From the NCBI GenBank assembly GCA_041497895.1, contig JBGQHJ010000110.1, forward strand, positions 1 through 16,856: a DNA stretch of 16,856 nucleotides, given 5' to 3'. The notes beneath the pieces were generated by a model. The model saw only the letters and a program-made list of their open reading frames with translations, had not been told where the DNA came from and did not search any database. The position numbers and the translations under genes are program-made. Every line of letters begins with the position of its first letter. The first letter of the stretch is position 1. Below, piece after piece: positions 1-6,925 of this stretch. The DNA comes from Candidatus Methylomirabilia bacterium. Lineage in GTDB: Bacteria > Methylomirabilota > Methylomirabilia > Rokubacteriales > CSP1-6.

Positions 1-43
1 CGAAGAAGACCAGGAACGGCGAGAGCGAGAGCAGGACGCTCAT
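1..43 (-). CDS. 5' end of a probable membrane protein (runs off the left edge)
   Basis: ATG at 43 overlaps the tetR TGA (ATGA, 43-40). It reads MSVLLSLSPFLVFF, which is hydrophobic and open to the window edge. Not in the ORF track. Confidence 0.6.
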   Translation of the reverse strand, partial: MSVLLSLSPFLVFF

Positions 44-645
44 ACCGCACTCCTCGCCCCGGTGATCAGGAGCCGCATCAGCTCGCTCCGGACGGTCTCG
101 AAGGCGCGATCGGCGGGCAGCTTGCCGGCCAGATGCAGCATGACCAGCCCGTGCATCGCGGACCAGAAGGCCAGCCCGAGCAGCTCCGAATCGCCGTGGA
201 AGACGCCCGCCTTCACCAGCGCCTCGAGCGCCGCGCTCATGGTGCGCCGTGCCCGCGTGCTGGCGCGCCCGAGCTCCGGATAGCGCTCCGGGTCGGGCTG
301 CGCCACGTCGAACATGAGCCGGTAGGCGTCGGGGTCACCGAGCGCGAAGCGGACGTAGGCCTGGCCGACCGCCTGGCCCGCGGCGCGTAGATCGCCGCGC
401 GCCTGCGCGGCCGCCTCCTCGAGCGCCTCCGCGAAGCGGTCGAAGGCGGCGGTGCGCACCGCGGCCAGGATCTCGTCCTTGTTGCGGAAGTAGCGATAGG
501 GCGTCATCGGGCTGCAGCCGAGCGCGTCCGCGAGCTGGCGCATGGTGACCGCGTCGCGCCCCTGGGTGGCGAACCGGTGCTGCGCCACCTCGCAGAGCCG
601 CGCGCGGAAGTCCTCCACCTGCTCCGCCGACAGGCTCCTCGGCAC
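40..645 (-). CDS. TetR/AcrR family transcriptional regulator (WHG-like C-terminal domain)
   Basis: N-terminal HTH 'TMRQLADALGCSPMTPYRYFRNKDEIL'; C-terminal 'WSAMHGLVML'; GTG start with GGAGG upstream, 3 nt after the Rieske gene stop. Confidence 0.93.
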   Translation of the reverse strand: MPRSLSAEQVEDFRARLCEVAQHRFATQGRDAVTMRQLADALGCSPMTPYRYFRNKDEILAAVRTAAFDRFAEALEEAAAQARGDLRAAGQAVGQAYVRFALGDPDAYRLMFDVAQPDPERYPELGRASTRARRTMSAALEALVKAGVFHGDSELLGLAFWSAMHGLVMLHLAGKLPADRAFETVRSELMRLLITGARSAV

Positions 646-648
646 GGG

Positions 649-1596
649 TCAGGCCTCCGGCGGAGCCGCCCGCGGGAACTCGCGCACGTACTTGAAGAAG
701 CGCGCGAGGTGCCGGTCGGAGGCCACCAGCAGGCGCGGGCGGAACCGGATCGTGTCCAGCACCGGGGCGTCCTCCGCGAGCAGCCGCTGCACGAAGCCAC
801 GCAGGGTCTCGAGCCGCGCGGCGACCCCGTCCCGCCCGGTCCCGTCGTCCCGCACCCCGTAGGCGTAGAATCCCCTGGTCTGACCGTGCGCGATCGGCGC
901 GCCGGAGAAGAGCATGAACGCCTCCTCGCCGGCCAGGGCCAGGTATTGTGCGAACGTGTTCACGCCGGTGATGCGACCATGCTGGACGAAATGAGGCGAC
1001 TCGATGCGGTACTCGATGGCGTGCGGCCCGACGCGCACCGCGTCCGGCTCGACCGCGGGAATGCCGTGCAGCGTGTGCAGGTGCTGAAAGTCGACGCCGT
1101 TCGAGATCGAGACCCACGGGTCGACCGCGCGCGTCCCCCGGAGGTGGGCCTCGCAGATCAGCTCGCGCTCCTCGGCGCCGGGAATGCCGGGCACCGGGAA
1201 GGTCGGAGCCACCCCGTTGAAGGCCCAGACGAGCCCCCACGCTTCCGCGCTCGGGTAGGTCGGGATCCGGGCCCCCTTCGGGATCCGGTCGCCGGCGGGA
1301 ATGTCGACGCACGTCCCCGCGCAGTCGAAGCGCCAGTGGTGATAGGCGCAGCGGATCTGGCCGTCCACCACCTGGCCCACCGAGAGGTCGGCCCCCAGGT
1401 GCGGGCAGTAGGCTCCCTGCACCACCGGCCGGCCGGCCGCGTCCCGATAGACCACGACCCGCGTGCCCAGGAAGTCCCGGCCCACGGGACCGGCGGCGGG
1501 CACCTCGCTCGCGAGGGCCACCGGGAACCAGGACTGGTGATAGCCGCTCGTGGTCTCGTCCTGCTGCGCCTGCAATGCGTCGGTCGTCACGCTCAT
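649..1596 (-). CDS. Rieske [2Fe-2S] non-heme iron oxygenase, single catalytic subunit (KshA/VanA-like architecture)
   Basis: Rieske ligands CPH...CAYH; mononuclear Fe motif 'NGVDFQHLHTLH' (DxxHxxxxH) and C-terminal 'AED'; GAGGAGG RBS upstream. Confidence 0.9.
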   Translation of the reverse strand: MSVTTDALQAQQDETTSGYHQSWFPVALASEVPAAGPVGRDFLGTRVVVYRDAAGRPVVQGAYCPHLGADLSVGQVVDGQIRCAYHHWRFDCAGTCVDIPAGDRIPKGARIPTYPSAEAWGLVWAFNGVAPTFPVPGIPGAEERELICEAHLRGTRAVDPWVSISNGVDFQHLHTLHGIPAVEPDAVRVGPHAIEYRIESPHFVQHGRITGVNTFAQYLALAGEEAFMLFSGAPIAHGQTRGFYAYGVRDDGTGRDGVAARLETLRGFVQRLLAEDAPVLDTIRFRPRLLVASDRHLARFFKYVREFPRAAPPEA

Positions 1597-1655
1597 CGCT
1601 TGCCTCCTCGTGCCGTGCTGGGATCGGCCGGGTCTCGGTGCCTCAATGGATTGAC

Positions 1656-1684
1656 ACTGTATATTTACGATGTAAATAAGTCAA
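1656..1684 (-). promoter_or_regulatory. Sigma70-type promoter for the Rieske-tetR operon: TTGACT-N17-TACAGT
   Basis: The minus strand reads TTGACT (1684-1679) TATTTACATCGTAAATA TACAGT (1661-1656). It lies in the most AT-rich patch seen in the window. Confidence 0.75.
1662..1678. promoter_or_regulatory. Palindromic operator TATTTAC-N3-GTAAATA, probable TetR binding site
   Basis: Perfect 7-bp inverted repeat with a 3-nt centre, located between divergent operons, one of which encodes a TetR. Confidence 0.7.
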
Positions 1685-1712
1685 CCGGCTGTTCATGTAC
1701 GGGGGATCCCGC

Positions 1713-2714
1713 ATGAGGACCATCGACATCCACGCGCACCTGGTGCCGCGCTCGCTCTGGCAGGCCACCGAGGCGGGCCGCGTCTGGTACGGCTTCCGGC
1801 ACGAGCCCGGCGAGGGGCTCGGCACCTTCCTGGGCACCAACGGCAAGCGCACCGGCTTCACCTCGCCCAAGGTGCGCCTCACGCCCGAGGAGCGGATCCA
1901 GGACATGGACGCGCAGGGTGTGGACATGCAGGTGATCTCCATCCACACCCCGCTCTTCGGCTATCACCTGGATCCGGCGCAGGGCCTGGCGCTGGCGCGC
2001 GAGGTCAACGACGAGATCGCCGCCATGACCCGGCAGTGGCCCACCCGGTTCGCGGGCCTGGCCACGCTGCCGGTCCAGGACGTGCGGGCCGCCATCGACG
2101 AGCTCGAGCGCGCGGTCACGGTGCTCGGTCTCAAGGGTGCCGAGCTCGACACGGTCGTGAACGGGGAGAACTGGGATGAGCCCCGCTTCCTCGCGCTGTT
2201 CAAGGCCGCGGAGGCGCTGGGGGCCGTGCTGTTCTTCCACCCGCAGCCGCAGCACAACTTCATGACCGAGCGCGCGGGCCGCTACGGGCTCGCCAACAGC
2301 CTGGGTGTCATCGTCGAGGACGCCATCGTCGTCGCCATCCTGATCCTGGGCGGCATCCTCGAGTCCTGTCCCGATCTCAAGGCCTGCATCGCCCACGGCG
2401 GCGGGCCGGCCTGCCACGCGATGGGGCGGCTCGACCGCGGCTGGCGGGGGACACCGGCCGCGCGGGCGCACATCCCCGAGCCGCCCAGCAGCTACCAGCG
2501 CCGCCTCTACTACGACACGGTGGTGGGCAGCGAGGCGGCGCTGCGCTTCCTGCTCGATCAGGTGGGAGCCGATCGCGTGGTGCTGGGCAGCGACTGGCCC
2601 TTCGTGCCGTGGCACCCCTCGCCGGTCACCTGGCTGCAGGGCCTCGCGAGCGTGACCGCGGAGGAGAAGGAGCAGATCCTCTGGCGCAACCTCGAAGCCC
2701 TGCTGCGCCTGTAG
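1713..2714 (+). CDS. Amidohydrolase family protein (Amidohydro_2; ACMSD/decarboxylase-like)
   Basis: 'IDIHAH' metal motif, 'FFHP', 'AHGGG', 'YYDT', 'LGSDWPF'. Start set at ATG 1713 (GGGGGA RBS at 1701-1706); 1695 is an in-frame alternative. Confidence 0.9.
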   Translation: MRTIDIHAHLVPRSLWQATEAGRVWYGFRHEPGEGLGTFLGTNGKRTGFTSPKVRLTPEERIQDMDAQGVDMQVISIHTPLFGYHLDPAQGLALAREVNDEIAAMTRQWPTRFAGLATLPVQDVRAAIDELERAVTVLGLKGAELDTVVNGENWDEPRFLALFKAAEALGAVLFFHPQPQHNFMTERAGRYGLANSLGVIVEDAIVVAILILGGILESCPDLKACIAHGGGPACHAMGRLDRGWRGTPAARAHIPEPPSSYQRRLYYDTVVGSEAALRFLLDQVGADRVVLGSDWPFVPWHPSPVTWLQGLASVTAEEKEQILWRNLEALLRL

Positions 2715-2723
2715 CCGCGCGCG

Positions 2724-3647
2724 ATGTCCACCCACCCCTACGTCACGGTCGACGTCTTCACCGAGCGCGCCTTCGCGGGCAACCCGCTCGCGGTGGTGAC
2801 CGATGCGCGCGGGCTCGGCCCCGAGCAGATGCAGGCCATCGCCGCGGAGTTCGGCTACTCGGAGTCGACCTTCGTGCTCCCGCCCGAGGACCCGGCCCAC
2901 ACCGCGCGGGTCCGGATCTTCACCCCGCGGCGCGAGGTCCCGTTCGCCGGCCATCCGAACGTGGGCACCGCCTTCGTGGTCGCGCGGCTCGCCGAGCGGA
3001 GCGGCCGGCCGCTCGGGTCGACGCTGCTCTTCGAGGAGGGGGCCGGGCTCGTCCCGGTGGACCTCCTGCGCGACGGGGGCGGCCGGACCACCGGCGCCGT
3101 CCTGACCGCGCCGCAGCCGCTCACCCTGGGGGCGACCGTCCCCGCGGCAGTCGTCGCGGAGTGCGTCGGCCTCGCGCCGGACGCGGTGCTGACCGCCCGC
3201 CACGAGCCCGTCGTGGCCTCGGTGGGGCTGGCGTTCGTGGTGGCGGAGGTGGGGATCGACGCGATCGGGGCGGCGCGGCCCGACCTGGCCGCGTTCACCG
3301 TGGCCGCGCGCCATCATCCGTCCGAGGCCGGCTGGTTCTCGCTCTTCCTCTATGCCCGGATGGCTGGCCGGTCCGACGGCGCCGACCTGCGGGCGCGCAT
3401 GTTCGCGCCGCTCGGCGGCATCATGGAGGACCCGGCCACCGGCAGCGCCAACGGGGCGCTCATCGCGCTGCTGACGCAGCTCGAGCCCGGGCCCGACGCG
3501 CGCCTCGCCCTCGAGGTGCGGCAGGGCGTGGAGATGGGCCGGCCGAGCCTGCTCTCGCTCAGCGCCGAGAAGCGCGCCGGCTCGGTCACGCGCGTGCGGG
3601 TCGGCGGCCGCTGCGCGCCGGTGACGGAGGGCACGCTCGAGGTGTAG
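2724..3647 (+). CDS. PhzF family isomerase/epimerase
   Basis: 'VDVFT...GNPLAVV', 'SESTF', 'EVPFAGHP', 'EDPATGSA', 'QGVEMGRPS'. Confidence 0.93.
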   Translation: MSTHPYVTVDVFTERAFAGNPLAVVTDARGLGPEQMQAIAAEFGYSESTFVLPPEDPAHTARVRIFTPRREVPFAGHPNVGTAFVVARLAERSGRPLGSTLLFEEGAGLVPVDLLRDGGGRTTGAVLTAPQPLTLGATVPAAVVAECVGLAPDAVLTARHEPVVASVGLAFVVAEVGIDAIGAARPDLAAFTVAARHHPSEAGWFSLFLYARMAGRSDGADLRARMFAPLGGIMEDPATGSANGALIALLTQLEPGPDARLALEVRQGVEMGRPSLLSLSAEKRAGSVTRVRVGGRCAPVTEGTLEV

Positions 3648-3653
3648 CCGGCC

Positions 3654-4046
3654 CTAGCGCGCCGCCTTGAACGCCCCTTCCTGGTCGAGCTGCATCAGGG
3701 CCTGGGCCCCGGTGCTGAACGCGGGGCCGCCCCCCGGCACCGCGGCGGACTGGATCGCCTCGAGCAGCTCGCGCTTGGTCGCGCCGTGGTCGATGGCGCG
3801 GCGCATGTGGGCGATCACGCCGTCCTTGCGGCCGCGGAAGGCGAGGATCCCGATGATCACCATCTCGCGGTACTTCACCGAGAGCTCCTTGCCCTCCCCG
3901 ATCGACAGCTCGCTCAGTGGCTGCCGCGCTCGCACGTACTCCGGATCCTCGCGGGCCACCCACTCCCAGAAGGGGTAGCCGTAGGGGTTCTTCGCCTGGC
4001 CCGCCGCCTTGCCGCCCGCCGGCTTCGTCGCTTTCCGTGCGCTCAT
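3654..4046 (-). CDS. Carboxymuconolactone decarboxylase (CMD/AhpD-like) family protein, no CxxC
   Basis: 'LSVKYREMVIIGILA...HMRRAIDHGATKRELLEAI' CMD pattern; ATG 4046 with GGGGAG RBS; corresponds to the last 130 aa of track ORF 3654..4571. Confidence 0.85.
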   Translation of the reverse strand: MSARKATKPAGGKAAGQAKNPYGYPFWEWVAREDPEYVRARQPLSELSIGEGKELSVKYREMVIIGILAFRGRKDGVIAHMRRAIDHGATKRELLEAIQSAAVPGGGPAFSTGAQALMQLDQEGAFKAAR

Positions 4047-4060
4047 CGTGGTCTCCCCGA

Positions 4061-4924
4061 TCAGGCCGCGAGCCCGAGCGCCCGCCCGGTCTCGGTGGCG
4101 AAGCGCTCGAGCGCGGAGGCGTCCAGCGTGGGCTGCGGGCGAAGGATCAGCCGGTGGACGCCGGCCGCCGCGTAGGCCTCGATCGTCGCCCGGTCGGGCA
4201 CGTCGTAGCCGGGGGGCGTGATGCTGATCTCGAGCGGACCCAGCTCCGGCGGCCGCTTGACCTGCGAGGCCGCCTGCTGGAGCGCGCCCACGCGCTTGCG
4301 AGCCTCCGCCACGTCGAGGCCGAAGCCGTACCAGCCGTGGCCCTGCGCCACCGCGCGGCGATAGGCCGGTGGGGTCCCGCCGCCCACCACGATCGGGATC
4401 GGCGTCTGCACCGGCCGGGGCATGGCCTGGACGGCCTCGAACGACACGTAGGGCCCGTGGTGCGCCGGCTTCGGCTGCGTCCACACCGCGCGCATCGAGG
4501 CCAGGTAGTCGTCGGAGACGCGCCCCCGCTCCTTGAACGGCGCCCCCACCGAGCGCATCTCCGGCTCGCACCAGCCGACCCCCAGCCCGAAGATGAGCCG
4601 GCCGTTCGAGAGCACGTCGAGCGAGGCGAGCTGCTTGGCCAGGACCAGGGCCTGGCGCTGGGGCAGGATGATGACCCCGGTGCCGAGCCGGATGCTCCTG
4701 GTGTGGGCAGCCAGGAAGGTCAGCGCCACCACCGGGTCGAGCAGCCGCATGTCCGGCGCCATCGGCCGCCCGGGCACCGGCGGGTCGGGCAGCACCACGT
4801 GGTCGGCCACCCAGAGCGACTCGAAGCCCGCGGCCTCGGCGGCGCGGCCGAGACGCGCCGCCGCGTCGGGATAGGCGCAGGTGTTGAGGTTGACGCCGTG
4901 CAGTCCGTACTTCATCGAGCTCAT
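4061..4924 (-). CDS. LLM-class (luciferase-like) oxidoreductase, probably F420-dependent (Rv2161c-like)
   Basis: 'AEAAGFESLWVADHVV', 'RLGTGVIILPQR', 'LDVLSNGRLIFGLGVGW', 'PIVVGG'. ATG 4924 overlaps the upstream TGA (ATGA); alternative start at 4915. Confidence 0.88.
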   Translation of the reverse strand: MSSMKYGLHGVNLNTCAYPDAAARLGRAAEAAGFESLWVADHVVLPDPPVPGRPMAPDMRLLDPVVALTFLAAHTRSIRLGTGVIILPQRQALVLAKQLASLDVLSNGRLIFGLGVGWCEPEMRSVGAPFKERGRVSDDYLASMRAVWTQPKPAHHGPYVSFEAVQAMPRPVQTPIPIVVGGGTPPAYRRAVAQGHGWYGFGLDVAEARKRVGALQQAASQVKRPPELGPLEISITPPGYDVPDRATIEAYAAAGVHRLILRPQPTLDASALERFATETGRALGLAA

Positions 4925-5817
4925 CGCGGGGCCGGCGCCTTCATGCCGGCCAGGCGCTCGATGATCGTGAAGACCACGCTCGTGTCCTGCTCGCCGAGTC
5001 CGGCGGCCAGCGCGGCCTGCTGGTAGTGCTGGGCCAGGTTGGAGAAGGTCACCGGCACGTGGAGCTCCTTGGCGATGGTGTGGAAGGTCTCGAGGTCCTT
5101 GTTCATGAGCGTCACCTTGAAGCCCGGCTCGAAGTCGCGCGGGATCAGGGCCCGCGGGATGCGCTCGATGGCCTTGCTGCCGCCGCTGCTCGCCTTGACC
5201 ACCTCGTAGATGGTCATGGGGTCGAGCCCCGCCTTCACGCCCAGGATGAAGCCCTCCATCATCGCGGCGCTGTTCACGCAGGCCATCATGTTGTTGATGG
5301 CCTTCACGGTGTTGCCCGCCCCGGCCGGCCCCACGTGGAAGATGTTGGGACCCATGGCGCGCAGGACCGGCTCGGCCCGGGAGAGCGCCGCCTTGTCGCC
5401 CCCGACCATGATCGCCAGGGTGGCCGCGCGCGCCCCGGTGACGCCCCCGCTCACCGGCGCCTCCAGGAAGTGCACGCCACGCGCCCGGGCCCTGGGCTCG
5501 ATCTTCCGGGGCGTCGAGGGCAGCACGCTCGACAGGTCGATCAGGATGGTGCCCGGCTTGGCCCGCTCCACCAGCCCGCCCGGCTCGAGGTAGATGGCCT
5601 CCACGTCGGGGGAGGCGGGCAGCGAGGTCAGGACGACCTCGGAGGCGTCGACCACCGCCTGCGCCGAGTCGGCGCGCCGGGCGCCACCCTCCACCAGGTT
5701 CGCCATCGCCTTGGGGTTCATGTCGAAGACCGTCATCGGGAACCCGGCCTTCAGCACGTTGGCCGCCATTGGATTGCCCATGTTGCCGACACCGATGAAC
5801 CCGACCGAGAGAGCCAT
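4921..5817 (-). CDS. NAD(P)-dependent beta-hydroxyacid dehydrogenase (3-hydroxyisobutyrate dehydrogenase / tartronate semialdehyde reductase family)
   Basis: 'GFIGVGNMGNPMA' Rossmann motif, 'EAPVSGG', catalytic 'KAINN', 'F...LMNKDL'; AAGGAGG RBS before ATG 5817. Confidence 0.92.
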   Translation of the reverse strand: MALSVGFIGVGNMGNPMAANVLKAGFPMTVFDMNPKAMANLVEGGARRADSAQAVVDASEVVLTSLPASPDVEAIYLEPGGLVERAKPGTILIDLSSVLPSTPRKIEPRARARGVHFLEAPVSGGVTGARAATLAIMVGGDKAALSRAEPVLRAMGPNIFHVGPAGAGNTVKAINNMMACVNSAAMMEGFILGVKAGLDPMTIYEVVKASSGGSKAIERIPRALIPRDFEPGFKVTLMNKDLETFHTIAKELHVPVTFSNLAQHYQQAALAAGLGEQDTSVVFTIIERLAGMKAPAPR

Positions 5818-5870
5818 GCGCGCCTCCTTGGGCGACCTGCGGGATGACGGGGGTCGAATCGAACGCGCCG

Positions 5871-5899
5871 AGCATAAACCTCCGCGACGAGCGGAGCAA
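5871..5899 (-). promoter_or_regulatory. Candidate sigma70 promoter TTGCTC-N17-TATGCT for the dehydrogenase-LLM-CMD operon
   Basis: -35 at 5899-5894 and -10 at 5876-5871 with 17-nt spacing, in a divergent intergenic region. Confidence 0.5.
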
Positions 5900-5920
5900 C
5901 GTGCGGTAGACTCCGCCCTA

Positions 5921-6652
5921 GTGCTACGCGCGTTCGCGCTCGATCCGATCGGGACCGTCTCCATCGAGGAGATGTCGTCGGTGGGTCTTCTGAAGCTGTC
6001 GACGCGGACGTACTGGCGCCGCGTCTGGCCGGCCGGGGTCGGCCTGGCCTCCTACATCGTGGAGCGCTTCGGCCCCGAGGGCCTGCGGGACCGCGATGTC
6101 CTCGACCTCGGCTGCGGGGTCGGCCTGGTCGGGATCGTCTGCGGCCGGCTGGGGGCGCGCGTGACCTTCCTCGACCGCGAGGCCGGCGCCCTCGCCGCGG
6201 TCCGCCGGAACTGTCGCCGCAACGGCCTCGCCCCGGCCCGCACCATCGGCGGCGACTGGAACCACGGCGGCCACCGGGTCGAGCCGGACGCCTACGACCT
6301 GGTCGTGGGCGGGGACGTGGTCTACGACGACCTGGAGTGGCCGGCGATCGGCACCGCGCTGATGCGCACCCTGCGCGTGGGCGGCATCGCGCTGCTGGCC
6401 GACCCGGGCTGGGTGGTACAGCGCAAGCTGCGCGGCGCGTTCCGGCGCAGCGGCTTCACGGTCGCCCGGAGCCGGCGGCGGGTGAGCTGGCCGCCGTGGC
6501 GGACCACCCACCTGCGCGTCAAGGACATCAATATCTACGAGCTGGGCCGGCGCGAGACCCCTCACCCCACCGTCTCCCGTCACCCCACCCTCTCCCCTCA
6601 GGGGAGAGGGCAGGGTGACGGGTTCACTTCTCGGGCGCGTCCGGCTTCGTGA
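5921..6652 (+). CDS. Class I SAM-dependent methyltransferase (Methyltransf_16 / METTL21-like)
   Basis: 'YWRRVWPAGVGLA', 'VLDLGCGVGLVG', 'GGDVVY', 'ADP'. Start uncertain; GTG 5921 was chosen because the longer track ORF overlaps the divergent dehydrogenase gene. The C-terminal tail is repeat-derived. Confidence 0.8.
   Translation: MLRAFALDPIGTVSIEEMSSVGLLKLSTRTYWRRVWPAGVGLASYIVERFGPEGLRDRDVLDLGCGVGLVGIVCGRLGARVTFLDREAGALAAVRRNCRRNGLAPARTIGGDWNHGGHRVEPDAYDLVVGGDVVYDDLEWPAIGTALMRTLRVGGIALLADPGWVVQRKLRGAFRRSGFTVARSRRRVSWPPWRTTHLRVKDINIYELGRRETPHPTVSRHPTLSPQGRGQGDGFTSRARPAS
6558..6622. repeat. REP-like palindromic element (CCCTCTCCCC-N3-GGGGAGAGGG core) with a preceding degenerate tandem copy of the left arm
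   Basis: Arms 6576-6597 and 6601-6622 pair at 20/22 positions around a 3-nt loop. 6558-6575 repeats 6576-6593 with 2 mismatches. Confidence 0.8.
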
Positions 6653-6923
6653 TCCGACCCACGCGGAGGGTCCCGACCTCGAGGTCGGCGATCTTCAGCG
6701 AGCGGATCTCGCCCCGCCCGAGCTTCAGGCTTCGGACCACCAGTCGCCCGATCGCCAGCGCGCCGATCGCGAAGGCCCCGAGCGCCAGCGCGCCGAAGGC
6801 CAGCGCGCCCACCCGGCCAGCCCCGACCAGTCCGTCCCGGATCACCACCCGCGCCACCTGACCGTGCGCCGGATCGAGAGCCTCGGCGCGACGGGCCACC
6901 ACTGCGTCCGGCTCGGTCGTCAT
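6624..6923 (-). CDS. Small hypothetical protein (99 aa) with five-residue repeats
   Basis: ATG 6923 is 2 nt after the crotonase stop. Repeats GALAF-GALAL-GAFAI-GALAI-GRLVV-RSLKL-GRGEI-RSLKI-ADLEV-GTLRV. Confidence 0.7.
   Translation of the reverse strand: MTTEPDAVVARRAEALDPAHGQVARVVIRDGLVGAGRVGALAFGALALGAFAIGALAIGRLVVRSLKLGRGEIRSLKIADLEVGTLRVGRITKPDAPEK
6750..6809. repeat. Four degenerate 15-bp tandem repeats encoding GA(L/F)A(F/L/I)
   Basis: gatcgccagcgcgcc / gatcgcgaaggcccc / gagcgccagcgcgcc / gaaggccagcgcgcc. Confidence 0.75.
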
Positions 6924-6925
6924 GA

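Noticed and set aside
2724..3647. Phenazine biosynthesis cluster
   Set aside because: Only a PhzF-family gene is present, with no phzA/B/D/E/G; PhzF homologues are widespread outside phenazine producers.
3645..3656. Terminators at the convergent junctions (also 14796-14807)
   Set aside because: The gaps are only 6 and 10 nt, with no hairpin plus U-tract.
4061..5899. 612-aa ORF (and 305-aa ORF 3654..4571) as fusion proteins
   Set aside because: The N-terminal parts are off-frame shadows of upstream genes; the real LLM and CMD starts are 4924 and 4046.
6576..6622. Classical intrinsic terminator
   Set aside because: The stem is unusually long and there is no U-tract on either side, so it is kept as a REP-like repeat.
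6558..6809. CRISPR array or IS end
   Set aside because: There is no repeat-spacer periodicity and no cas or transposase gene. The 15-bp repeats are coding, and the hairpin is single in this window.
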